A stretch of DNA of 43,042 nucleotides from a virus. Location of the stretch: the IMG/VR virus record IMGVR_UViG_3300009413_000016, positions 1 to 43,042 of that record; one strand, 5' to 3'. Position 1 is the stretch's first letter; each line of letters opens with the position of its first letter. Shown here one piece after another: positions 1-8,096 of the stretch. The notes below the pieces were generated by a model. It saw only the letters and a program-made list of their open reading frames with translations, did not search any database and was not told where the DNA came from. The position numbers and the translations under genes are program-made.

Positions 1-113
1 AAAACTTGGTAAATCTCCAACTTCTATTTGAGGAATATCAAAACTAGGTAAATCTCCAACTTCTATTTGAGGAATATCAAAACTTGGTAAATCTCCAACT
101 TCTATTTGAGGAA
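1..113. repeat. 39-bp in-frame tandem repeat (unit tatcaaaacttggtaaatctccaacttctatttgaggaa); 1-98 is an exact copy of 42945-43042
   Basis: Direct comparison of the two window ends. Units are at 1-35 (partial), 36-74 and 75-113. On the minus strand each unit encodes FDIPQIEVGDLPS. Confidence 0.95.
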
Positions 114-1530
114 TATCAAAACTTCCAGCTAACTCAGTTATATTTTTTGATACTTTCTCTACAGGAGAAGTATTTTGCGCCGACGGGTCATTAGTTTCTT
201 CATCGCCAAATCCAAAGAAATTACTTACTCGGTCTAAACCTTTTGATATAGGCTGCGTCACATTTTCTTCAAATTTATTTTTGATGTTTTCCCATAGAGA
301 GGTAAATATGCTTTGGATATTATTCACAACATCAGAAAATACGCCATTAATATATTCTCCCATGTCTTGGAATATTAATTTGAACGCTTCTAGATGCGTA
401 GAAAAATCTGTGGAGAATAAATCAAATATCATTCCCCAACCGTCAAATATCATTCCGGTCAGGTCATACAGCGTTTTAAAAGCAGCAGCGGCGGCAATAA
501 TCTGATTATTCCATTCTGGATATTGCTTCAGCATTTTACCGATAAAGCTTTCGCCACCTTCAAAAAATACGTTAGCGTCTTCAGCGAGCAAAGCGAACGC
601 TGAAATTAGTCCAGTAATAAGAAGAGGTATAGCAGCTATGGCTACGTTTGCAAGCAGCGCCGCTATTTGGACGCTTCTAAAAGCTTTGGCCATAGCAAGT
701 AATGTTGTTACAAGCTTCATAGCTATAAAAGCTGCAGACGCTAATGCTAATAATTTAATTCCTTTAGTGAGCTGCTCTACATAAACAGGCAGCTGCTGCT
801 GTATTAATTCTCTATTTGCTTTCCACCATGATTCTATTTGATTCGCAACATTTTCAACAATAGGAGTTAATTCGCGGGAAAGTAATCTTGAAAAATCTTT
901 TCCTATCAAAGATAGATTTGTCAATGAGTCTTGGAATTCTGCAGAAAGAGCGGCGTCTTCAGCCGTGGCAACTCCTAAAGCTTCAGCCTCACCGATTAAT
1001 TCTCGGATTCCTTCTGAACCCTGCTGGAGCAGGCGGATAGAATTGCCTAGGCCAACTTTATTTACTAACTCATATTGTTGACTGCGAGGTAATCCTTGAA
1101 TCGCATCAGCTACTTCCATCAGCACATCTACTGTTGGTTTTAACTGGCCATTTGCGTCTGTGGCTGATATACCGAGGATACCAAATGCTTCTACAGCAGA
1201 ACCCATTCCTCTGGCTGCTTCGGAAATACCTATAGATAGACCTCGAATATCACCTTCGAGAGAGTTGGAGTCTGCACCAACACGCGACATAGCGAATGCT
1301 AATGCGTCAATAGTGCCGATGGCGATGTCTGTTTCGTCAGACAGTTTACCTTGACGGTCAACAGCGGCAGTTACAGCCGTTGAAAAACCGACCAAAGCCG
1401 CGGTCCCGGCGGCTACTGTGGTTGCGAAAGTCTTAACGAGGCTTAATCCTTTGTCAATCTCGGAATTGAATTTTTCAATATCTTCCGGGTCAAAGTCAAA
1501 GCCTAAGCCGACTAATAATTCATCCAGCAC
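1..1530 (-). CDS. tail tape measure protein, first 510 codons (continues across the window junction into 42630-43042)
   Basis: Open minus-strand frame from GTG at 1530 (AAGGAG at 1538-1543) to the window edge. It is absent from the ORF track because no stop lies inside the window. The frame joins exactly with 42630-42944. It has an Ala/Gly-rich helical N-terminus and hydrophobic central segments, and sits between the chaperone and baseplate genes. Confidence 0.85.
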   Translation of the reverse strand, partial: MLDELLVGLGFDFDPEDIEKFNSEIDKGLSLVKTFATTVAAGTAALVGFSTAVTAAVDRQGKLSDETDIAIGTIDALAFAMSRVGADSNSLEGDIRGLSIGISEAARGMGSAVEAFGILGISATDANGQLKPTVDVLMEVADAIQGLPRSQQYELVNKVGLGNSIRLLQQGSEGIRELIGEAEALGVATAEDAALSAEFQDSLTNLSLIGKDFSRLLSRELTPIVENVANQIESWWKANRELIQQQLPVYVEQLTKGIKLLALASAAFIAMKLVTTLLAMAKAFRSVQIAALLANVAIAAIPLLITGLISAFALLAEDANVFFEGGESFIGKMLKQYPEWNNQIIAAAAAFKTLYDLTGMIFDGWGMIFDLFSTDFSTHLEAFKLIFQDMGEYINGVFSDVVNNIQSIFTSLWENIKNKFEENVTQPISKGLDRVSNFFGFGDEETNDPSAQNTSPVEKVSKNITELAGSFDIPQIEVGDLPSFDIPQIEVGDLPSFDIPQIEVGDLPSF

Positions 1531-1756
1531 GTGGTTTCTCCTTAGGCTTTAGATGATTTTTTACATCTAATATCTCGTTAAGTATCAGCACGTCTTCGAT
1601 GGAGTATGTTCCATCTTCAAGTTCTCTCAGCGCGCATAATGGCGGGTCTGCGATAACTGGTCTATGTAGCCATGGGTCTACATTTTGAAAGGCTGATATA
1701 TCTACTGGTTTGCCACGCTGGACAGTTCGCTTCCTTTGTCCTGCCCTTTGAAAAAA
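1520..1756 (-). CDS. -1 frameshift extension of the tail chaperone (gpGT-like product, 2139->1520)
   Basis: T_TTT_TTC at 1750-1756 is in the zero frame (GGT TTT TTC). I translated the -1 frame by hand and it stays open for about 76 codons to TGA at 1520-1522, just past the tape measure start. Confidence 0.6.
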   Translation of the reverse strand, partial: FFQRAGQRKRTVQRGKPVDISAFQNVDPWLHRPVIADPPLCALRELEDGTYSIEDVLILNEILDVKNHLKPKEKPRAG

Positions 1757-2139
1757 CCCTTATAGTTCACCTGAACTACAAAGCCAAAAGCCTTATATAC
1801 TTCGGACATATTGTCGCCGGCATATACGCTATCAAAAACAGAGCGACTGATAATTTGGCCATCGCGGCGAGTATGACCAGTAGTCATCATGCGTACAATT
1901 AAATCCACGACTTTATCCGGAGAAGCAGATTCAAATAATTTAGATGCGGCAGTACTTAAAATAGAAACTTTATCTTCTGCAGAAGAATCTTTTTTGCTTG
2001 CCATTTGAATAATATCCGGCAAAGCCTTTCCTAGGATTGACGCTAATTCCATTTTAAATTGCATACCTACAATTGCAGGATATTGAGTGCATGAATATTC
2101 ATGCATATTGATTTCTTTTGTTTCAGTTTTACAAGACAT
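1702..2139 (-). CDS. tail assembly chaperone (gpG-like)
   Basis: ORF track 1702-2166, trimmed to the ATG at 2139, which is preceded by GGAG. It lies between the tube and tape measure genes and contains an in-frame slippery heptamer near its 3' end. Confidence 0.7.
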   Translation of the reverse strand: MSCKTETKEINMHEYSCTQYPAIVGMQFKMELASILGKALPDIIQMASKKDSSAEDKVSILSTAASKLFESASPDKVVDLIVRMMTTGHTRRDGQIISRSVFDSVYAGDNMSEVYKAFGFVVQVNYKGFFKGQDKGSELSSVANQ

Positions 2140-2170
2140 TGTTTTTCTCCAGCTTATTCCCGGCATAAAT

Positions 2171-2229
2171 TAGAGAGGAAGTCTTAAGCGATAAGCCGGG
2201 TAAACCGCTTAATATTGACTCCCTCTCTA
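2171..2229 (-). terminator. long interrupted hairpin between the tail tube and chaperone genes (possible partial terminator or RNA stabiliser)
   Basis: 13-nt arm 2171-2183 pairs with 2217-2229 (one mismatch). 7-nt arm 2184-2190 pairs with 2206-2212. Only a weak U tract follows on the minus strand. Confidence 0.4.
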
Positions 2230-2237
2230 AACTCGCT

Positions 2238-2663
2238 TTATACAGCTCCACCTAAGTGAAGCAGGTCAAGTCGCTCTACGACGATTCGCCACTCTTGTGA
2301 GCCAACAGCGTTTCCACGCGTCATATCGGCAGGACGCGGAATATACCCTTGTGTGCCTGAACCGATGTCATTATTATTGGTATCCTTGAACTGCACAAAG
2401 ATAGGCACAAAAGCACCATTCTCTTGAGCCGTTGTCAGACCTGCCATATAAGCATTTGAATCTGAAGTCTGCTGGATACGGAAAATAACTTCGCCAGAAC
2501 GGTCCGCGCTTAGCGTAACCGTCATGAGTCCATCTGCGCCAATAGTATGCGCCGCCGAATCACCGAGTCTTGCAAGCTGAATAACATCATCACCTTCGTC
2601 AAACCCAGTAATTGGAACGCCGTTTACAAGCAAGATGGTATTTAAGAAAGAATAACTTTGCAT
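2238..2663 (-). CDS. tail tube protein
   Basis: 141 aa, immediately downstream of the sheath gene. Size and sequence resemble the DUF3277-type tube proteins of small myoviruses (recollection). Confidence 0.75.
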   Translation of the reverse strand: MQSYSFLNTILLVNGVPITGFDEGDDVIQLARLGDSAAHTIGADGLMTVTLSADRSGEVIFRIQQTSDSNAYMAGLTTAQENGAFVPIFVQFKDTNNNDIGSGTQGYIPRPADMTRGNAVGSQEWRIVVERLDLLHLGGAV

Positions 2664-2673
2664 TACCTACCCC

Positions 2674-4143
2674 TTATCGTTCAAAAGTGCCTTGGATTTG
2701 TACGCCATGGATTGCGCCAGCGCCCAACGCTACAAAACTTAAGCCATTATATTGTCTGTTCTGTTTCTCAGACGCGCTTGTATCTGCCACCGGAATAGTG
2801 GTTACTTGATAACCTGTACCGAGGAATGTGCCGTCGATAGTTTCACCTGGAGCGATAAGCCCGTTAAGAACAGCGGTATCCAATACTCTAGTTACTTGCT
2901 GCTGAAGCGCCGCTACACCTTTATCAGTGTAAGGAACTTTAGTAGTCCGTGAAACAAGATAACCATATACTTCCGTTTGAATAGCATCTGTCAACCAATC
3001 AACACCGTGGATTTCATCAAAGAAGTAATCACCAGCCATATATGACTCACCATAAATAGCGGTGTCAGCTACTTGGAAGAAAACGTTAGCGCGTTTAGAG
3101 TCCAGAACAGCTTTGTCATTCGTGGAAATATCTTCCACAGAAATGCCTGGTAGTGATTTAAACTTCAGAGTCAATGTAGAATTTGGCTGACTGAAATTAA
3201 CAGTAAATGCACGACCAGCGATGCTTGCACTTGGATACTCGTCAGGATAAGAACTAAAAGTGGTCATAGTTCGGTTAAAGTTACCAGTATCGAGTATAGA
3301 CGCTATATCATTAGTGGTAACACTGTCGAGCACATCCAAGTCATTAGTAGTATTGAAAAATACTTTGGTTCTTGCTTGAATCCAAGAAGCAGCTGCTGTA
3401 ACCGCAGCTTCACCATTAATCTCAACATCTTCGCGAATTTCCTTAGTGAAGATTAAGCCATACCAAGCGTTGTTTTTCTGCTCAATGGCATTCAACGCAT
3501 CAGTAATAGTTTCTGGGTCTAAGCCATCAGACTTTGTTGATTCGCCTTGGCGCATCTGCAGCAGAGAAGAAATATCCGTGCCCGCGCCTGGGGTAGTCAA
3601 AAATGATACTGTCGAGGTTGCGCCAGTTGTTCCAGAGTTAATGAAAAATCGGCTTCCATCGTGCGCCACCGTAGCTGCAGAATATCCGCCAGAACCGATA
3701 GCTTGCAAGCCAACTTCAATCGCGTCGGCTACGTCGTCAAGCGTGGTATCCAACGTAAAGTCCAAGCCAGAAATAGTCTGTTGGTCGCCGTCAATAGAGA
3801 TAACAAACGCTCCGTCACTGATTCCTGTGAAATCAGATACATCGGTAACTGAACCTCCGCGGAGCTCAGCCGCTACAGCATTGGCTGCGCGCACACTCAC
3901 CATAAATGATGTAGGTTTTGGCTGTTGACTGAAATACGCATTTGCCAGTTTTACGACTTCAGAAGAACCTGGCCAGTCAGCGGCAACACCTTCAGCGTCA
4001 GAGTAGCTTCTGATGCGTTCGGCAAAACCGATTACCCCTGTTTCAGCAGTCACTACATTGAGAGTTCCAAATCCTGCTCTCGCAGGGAAAGTCGCTCCCA
4101 ATGCAATACTGACTGCTACAATCGAGCTTTTTGGTATAGTCAT
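2674..4143 (-). CDS. contractile tail sheath protein
   Basis: 489 aa, positioned just before the tube gene. Resembles the DUF3383-type sheath (recollection). Confidence 0.8.
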   Translation of the reverse strand: MTIPKSSIVAVSIALGATFPARAGFGTLNVVTAETGVIGFAERIRSYSDAEGVAADWPGSSEVVKLANAYFSQQPKPTSFMVSVRAANAVAAELRGGSVTDVSDFTGISDGAFVISIDGDQQTISGLDFTLDTTLDDVADAIEVGLQAIGSGGYSAATVAHDGSRFFINSGTTGATSTVSFLTTPGAGTDISSLLQMRQGESTKSDGLDPETITDALNAIEQKNNAWYGLIFTKEIREDVEINGEAAVTAAASWIQARTKVFFNTTNDLDVLDSVTTNDIASILDTGNFNRTMTTFSSYPDEYPSASIAGRAFTVNFSQPNSTLTLKFKSLPGISVEDISTNDKAVLDSKRANVFFQVADTAIYGESYMAGDYFFDEIHGVDWLTDAIQTEVYGYLVSRTTKVPYTDKGVAALQQQVTRVLDTAVLNGLIAPGETIDGTFLGTGYQVTTIPVADTSASEKQNRQYNGLSFVALGAGAIHGVQIQGTFER

Positions 4144-4144
4144 T

Positions 4145-4675
4145 TTATTGCACCTTTATTTCGATGGGGATTGAACTAACCCCTGTTTCATATTCACCGT
4201 TGATGGTGACTGCGTTGATAGTGGTAATCAACTCAGAGTCATTACCAACAGCATTTAAGATTAAGTCAAATTGAGCTCTTTGCTCCCAGCTTGAATCAAT
4301 CACTTCCGATAATCCTCGTACTTCAGAGCGTCTATTAACGCCTAACGCCGCAGAGTTTAAAAGTTCTGTCACTGTAGTACGCACAAAACCAGTGCGTGTT
4401 TTACGCGCATAATCCTTGGCATTGTCTCTAAAGAAATTAATAGACACCATTATTTCTCTAGAGCCTGAAGAACTGATGCGAATATCTTCGCCCTCGTTTT
4501 CTTCTTTAAACTCTTCCCATCCAACACTTGTATCCGTAGAAACGTGTACAGTGGCATATGAGCCAGATGGGCGCGGAGCGTTTTGCTGTGCTCTGATAGC
4601 CATGAATTCTGCATCATCCACTATAGTGTTGATGATAGTTCTTAGCAGCTGATTTATCGCTTCTTCTAGCAACAT
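4145..4675 (-). CDS. virion neck / tail completion protein (family not recognised)
   Basis: 176-aa ORF tightly packed between the connector genes and the sheath gene; start overlaps the upstream stop. Confidence 0.5.
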   Translation of the reverse strand: MLLEEAINQLLRTIINTIVDDAEFMAIRAQQNAPRPSGSYATVHVSTDTSVGWEEFKEENEGEDIRISSSGSREIMVSINFFRDNAKDYARKTRTGFVRTTVTELLNSAALGVNRRSEVRGLSEVIDSSWEQRAQFDLILNAVGNDSELITTINAVTINGEYETGVSSIPIEIKVQ

Positions 4676-5028
4676 TATTCAAGCGCTCCGTAGACAGTAT
4701 TGTGTCCATATGAAGACCAATCCGCATTCTGAATTACTCTGTATCTTCTGCCTTTGAAGATGATAGTATCTGCTAATTCGCCTTCTCTGTCTTCGGTAAC
4801 ACGTATTGGCTTCTTAGAGATAAACACGAAAATGCGCTTATTACGTTCTCCTTCTGGAAGCATTTGTAGGTCTTCAGCAGAAGCTGGTTGGCAGCTGGCT
4901 AAAGTCTTAAAAGTAGATGTAGCGCCTTCAACATAAATACCATCTACGTACCCGCCTGCGGTAGTTCTTTCTACTGTGATAATTTCAGCGGTGTCGGAAT
5001 CAAGAGCTTCTGAAACATTAATCGGCAT
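4675..5028 (-). CDS. head-tail joining / tail completion protein (family not recognised)
   Basis: 117-aa ORF with ATGA-type overlaps on both sides, inside the connector module. Confidence 0.5.
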   Translation of the reverse strand: MPINVSEALDSDTAEIITVERTTAGGYVDGIYVEGATSTFKTLASCQPASAEDLQMLPEGERNKRIFVFISKKPIRVTEDREGELADTIIFKGRRYRVIQNADWSSYGHNTVYGALE

Positions 5029-5480
5029 TATTTATTCACTTGATACGTTATCGCACGACGCAGATGTCCTGTTAGAACAAGTGGGTTGCCTTCTCGCGAT
5101 GTTAATTCAGGTTCCTTGATGCTTGTAATCTTATCCTTGACATCTGTTGTCACGGTTAATCCTAGGAGCTCTAGCGCTTTTTCTTTAGTAATCTTTCCGC
5201 TTACGATTTGCGCCGCTAACTTATTCATAAGGTTTTTATACTTGCGTCGATTTTCTGCGGTAGTAGAACGTAAAAAACTGCGTTCTGGAATCCCTTGAGC
5301 GGGGCTTCCAAATTCGTGAACCGCTCCAACCATAACTGTTGATGTACCGTCTGGATAATCGCCTGAATCCGCTGGAAGACCAACTTTTACTCGACCTTCT
5401 TTATTTACTTCTTTAGCTAAAGCTTCGATGCGCTTTATGGCTTTAGTTGGACTTTTCTTTACTTTAGCTGTTATGGCCAT
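5028..5480 (-). CDS. HK97 gp10-like head-tail connector protein
   Basis: Motif GIPERSFL resembles the gp10-family IPARPF motif. I moved the start to the ATG at 5480, which overlaps the upstream stop (GTATGGCCATAA). Confidence 0.65.
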   Translation of the reverse strand: MAITAKVKKSPTKAIKRIEALAKEVNKEGRVKVGLPADSGDYPDGTSTVMVGAVHEFGSPAQGIPERSFLRSTTAENRRKYKNLMNKLAAQIVSGKITKEKALELLGLTVTTDVKDKITSIKEPELTSREGNPLVLTGHLRRAITYQVNK

Positions 5481-5866
5481 ACTGCAGCTCTCACACCAAC
5501 GAAACATTGCCGACGTAAATCATCATAACGCTGCCCGTATGCTGTTTGTAAAAGATAGTCGTCTCGGGCTGAACGTTTAGAAGCATCACTTGCCGCTCTA
5601 GTTACAGAAACACCGCCCGCAGTTTTACTTTGGACAGGCCCGGTTTTAGCAGAGGTATCGCCTGCTTCGGAATTAGTAGCTAAAGTTAAAAAGTGAGCGA
5701 CTAAATACGCTTGAGCAATATCATATTTACCGCACCATCTTTTTTCATTTGTTCCCATTTGAGCAACAGCGTCATCAATAAATAACTGAATACGCGCATC
5801 TGAATATTCGGTGTCATCAGAAAATTCTGGAAAACGTAATCTTATATTTTCTATTGTTGCTGCCAT
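5471..5866 (-). CDS. head-tail adaptor (DUF4054-like)
   Basis: 131 aa. Position and N-terminal sequence (IRLRFPEF...YSD..I) resemble DUF4054 adaptors (recollection). Confidence 0.6.
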   Translation of the reverse strand: MAATIENIRLRFPEFSDDTEYSDARIQLFIDDAVAQMGTNEKRWCGKYDIAQAYLVAHFLTLATNSEAGDTSAKTGPVQSKTAGGVSVTRAASDASKRSARDDYLLQTAYGQRYDDLRRQCFVGVRAAVWP

Positions 5867-5868
5867 TG

Positions 5869-6303
5869 CTATTCGCCTTTATATGTATACGTCACCGCGA
5901 AGATTATTAACGCGGATAAAATAGCCGCTACCCACGCTAAAGCACTTTTGGTAATAGAAAAATGATTAGTAGAAATGGTTTTATTTTGTTCGTCGTTGGT
6001 GCTTTCTAATTTATCAATCTTTTTTTCTATTGCTGTGATTTTTTCTGACACGCCTGTCATCATGTAATCAAGATAGTCGTTATTATTTCTTTCTGCTTGC
6101 CAGATTTCAACTTTATGGACTCGGCTTTTGACGTTATCCACGTCATTGCCAAATCTTTTTAATGTTTCTGTGTGATTATTCACTTGCTCTTGAAGACGTA
6201 CAACCCCATGTATATCTCTTTGCATCGCCTGCATTCCAGAGCATATATCATCTAACTGCTTGTATAGACGCTCCAATTGATTATCACTCATGTGTGTAGC
6301 CAT
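5869..6303 (-). CDS. coiled-coil protein with a single C-terminal transmembrane helix, unknown function
   Basis: 144 aa. Heptad-rich N-terminal ~120 aa, then ALAWVAAILSALIIFAVTYTY. Embedded in the head module. Confidence 0.6.
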   Translation of the reverse strand: MATHMSDNQLERLYKQLDDICSGMQAMQRDIHGVVRLQEQVNNHTETLKRFGNDVDNVKSRVHKVEIWQAERNNNDYLDYMMTGVSEKITAIEKKIDKLESTNDEQNKTISTNHFSITKSALAWVAAILSALIIFAVTYTYKGE

Positions 6304-6349
6304 GTATTTGCCATGTAAAGTAAATTCGACGTCCTTGTCTGAATCATGC

Positions 6350-6613
6350 TTACTCTTTAGGAGTAGCTACTGCTTTGGTTTTAGAAACTTCAGATTTATC
6401 CTTAGCTTCTTTTTTGTTTAGCGCAGTGCCAAAATCGATTTTATCTGCAGTTTTAAGTGCTTTGACGAAATCAGATTCTTTAGCTACACTCCAATGGGCA
6501 TCGTCTACAAAGTTAATGCCAGGATGCAAACGAACAACGATAATCTTATTCGTTTTTGCGTCGCGAGCTTTAACGTTGAATTGACGAGCGGTATTATTAA
6601 TTACTCCGGCCAT
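6350..6613 (-). CDS. small protein downstream of the major capsid gene (possible head accessory protein)
   Basis: 87-aa ORF with a Lys-rich tail. Function is suggested by position only. Confidence 0.45.
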   Translation of the reverse strand: MAGVINNTARQFNVKARDAKTNKIIVVRLHPGINFVDDAHWSVAKESDFVKALKTADKIDFGTALNKKEAKDKSEVSKTKAVATPKE

Positions 6614-6615
6614 AA

Positions 6616-7605
6616 TTAGATACCTTCTGAGATTGATGCTGAGAGTGGGTAGTACACGTTAACACCACCTACGCGCGCGCGGCCAGGAATGATAAATTCA
6701 AGGTTCTTCTGCTGCACAGGAAGCATTTCCAGTTCTACCGGGATTTCAAGTTCGAGCTTATCAGGGTCGCGAGTATAAACTACCATCGCATCTGCTGTTA
6801 AGTTCGGGTTAAGTGCCGCGCTACATTCGTTAACGGCGATAATGTCATCCATGCTGTTCAGGTACGGGCTATTTTGCACCAGATACGCAGCAATAGTAGT
6901 ATCGCTGTTTGCTGAACGTGGGGTAGACATAATGTATGACCACTGTGCAGGAGGAAGAAGCAGAGTATCCGCTTGTTCAACCATTAAAGTGGTTTCAAAC
7001 ACGTCGGCAAACGCGTCATTTACATCAAACAGAATCTGGTCTGGAGTTTTATTAACCCACTCAGTGCCAGAACCGCCATCGACGACGTTACCCGATGGAA
7101 TGTTAGGGTTGCTGAAGAAACCAGGTAGACCAGAAGATGAATCACCAAAGAAAGCAATGTCATTTGTTTTCTGTTCAACTGATTTACGAGCAGCATTTGC
7201 ACGGCGCTGGTCTAAAGCAGCACCGGTTAATTGTGATGCTTGAATTTCGTCTAAGCTGTAGCCGTACGAAATACCGATTGAACGCACAGGCGCAGAAGTT
7301 TCTTTACCTGCGATATCAGCACGAGGCAAATCGTCTGCATACGCTTGAATGATTTTAGCCGCACCAACTTGGTCATAGGTGCGATAAGTGATAGTATTCA
7401 CTCCTGGACCCGCCTCGTTAGATACTGGGAAAAGCATACGTGCTTTCAGTTCAGGGTATTGAACATCATAGCTGCGAGATTTGATATGTTCTAATTGACG
7501 CTGAAAGAAGATACCGCCATCTGCATCCAGATAGGCATCGTTAACGGCGCGTGCGATTGCTGAATCGACAGAAACCACTTGGCCTTTAGAATCTTTAAGC
7601 TGCAT
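6616..7605 (-). CDS. major capsid protein
   Basis: 329 aa, following the scaffold and DUF2190-like genes. Resembles the DUF2184-type capsid proteins of Bcep781-like myoviruses (recollection). Confidence 0.8.
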   Translation of the reverse strand: MQLKDSKGQVVSVDSAIARAVNDAYLDADGGIFFQRQLEHIKSRSYDVQYPELKARMLFPVSNEAGPGVNTITYRTYDQVGAAKIIQAYADDLPRADIAGKETSAPVRSIGISYGYSLDEIQASQLTGAALDQRRANAARKSVEQKTNDIAFFGDSSSGLPGFFSNPNIPSGNVVDGGSGTEWVNKTPDQILFDVNDAFADVFETTLMVEQADTLLLPPAQWSYIMSTPRSANSDTTIAAYLVQNSPYLNSMDDIIAVNECSAALNPNLTADAMVVYTRDPDKLELEIPVELEMLPVQQKNLEFIIPGRARVGGVNVYYPLSASISEGI

Positions 7606-7616
7606 GATTAATCTCC

Positions 7617-8096
7617 TTAAGCACCAGCAGTGGTGGAAGTTGAGTTAAGTACCAGAACGGCTACTTCACCCGCGGCGGCAGTAGTATCAAAATAACCGTC
7701 CAGTTGGGTTTCGCCTGCACCCGCCGCACCCGCGTCAATAACGCCAGTACCATTGGTATACTTGGCTAAATCGCCAGGTACGCAACCTGCAGGAACTGTT
7801 ACCCAGATTTTACCTTTTTCCATAATAGCCATGGACTCAGTATCTTCATACTGAATAAGGCCAGTGTTAGCCGCGCCTTCCATATCTAGCGCGCGAACGG
7901 TAATACCTTTAAAACCGGTTTCATCAACGGCTGGTTCGGCTTGATTATCCGCATCAGTACCGCGAGTAACGCCAATGCCGAAAGCGCATGGGCCGTTTTC
8001 ACATGAGCGAGAAGAAAGCACACGGTCAGACAAGTCAAAAATCATACCTGCAAGTGCTTTACGTAAATTACGAGTATAAGAAGTTTGAGCACTCAT
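7617..8096 (-). CDS. DUF2190-like head structural / decoration protein
   Basis: 159 aa, Gly/Ala-rich, in the conserved position between the scaffold and capsid genes. Confidence 0.55.
   Translation of the reverse strand: MSAQTSYTRNLRKALAGMIFDLSDRVLSSRSCENGPCAFGIGVTRGTDADNQAEPAVDETGFKGITVRALDMEGAANTGLIQYEDTESMAIMEKGKIWVTVPAGCVPGDLAKYTNGTGVIDAGAAGAGETQLDGYFDTTAAAGEVAVLVLNSTSTTAGA

Noticed and set aside
1-98. The 98-bp identical ends interpreted as true direct terminal repeats of the virion DNA.
   Set aside because: The duplicate lies in the middle of an essential gene and inside a tandem repeat. A circular-assembly overlap or circular permutation is more plausible. It cannot be settled without read data, so I report it as a finding rather than a DTR feature.
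3446-3928. Long antisense or alternative-frame ORFs inside confident genes. Examples are 3446-3928, 6842-7243, 8370-8753, 15714-16178, 22769-23215, 25994-26368, 32627-33019, 35867-36256, 36523-37080 and 39303-39737.
   Set aside because: Each lies entirely within a longer ORF that has recognisable motifs and good translation signals. They lack RBSs and have low-complexity or skewed composition, as is typical of shadow ORFs.
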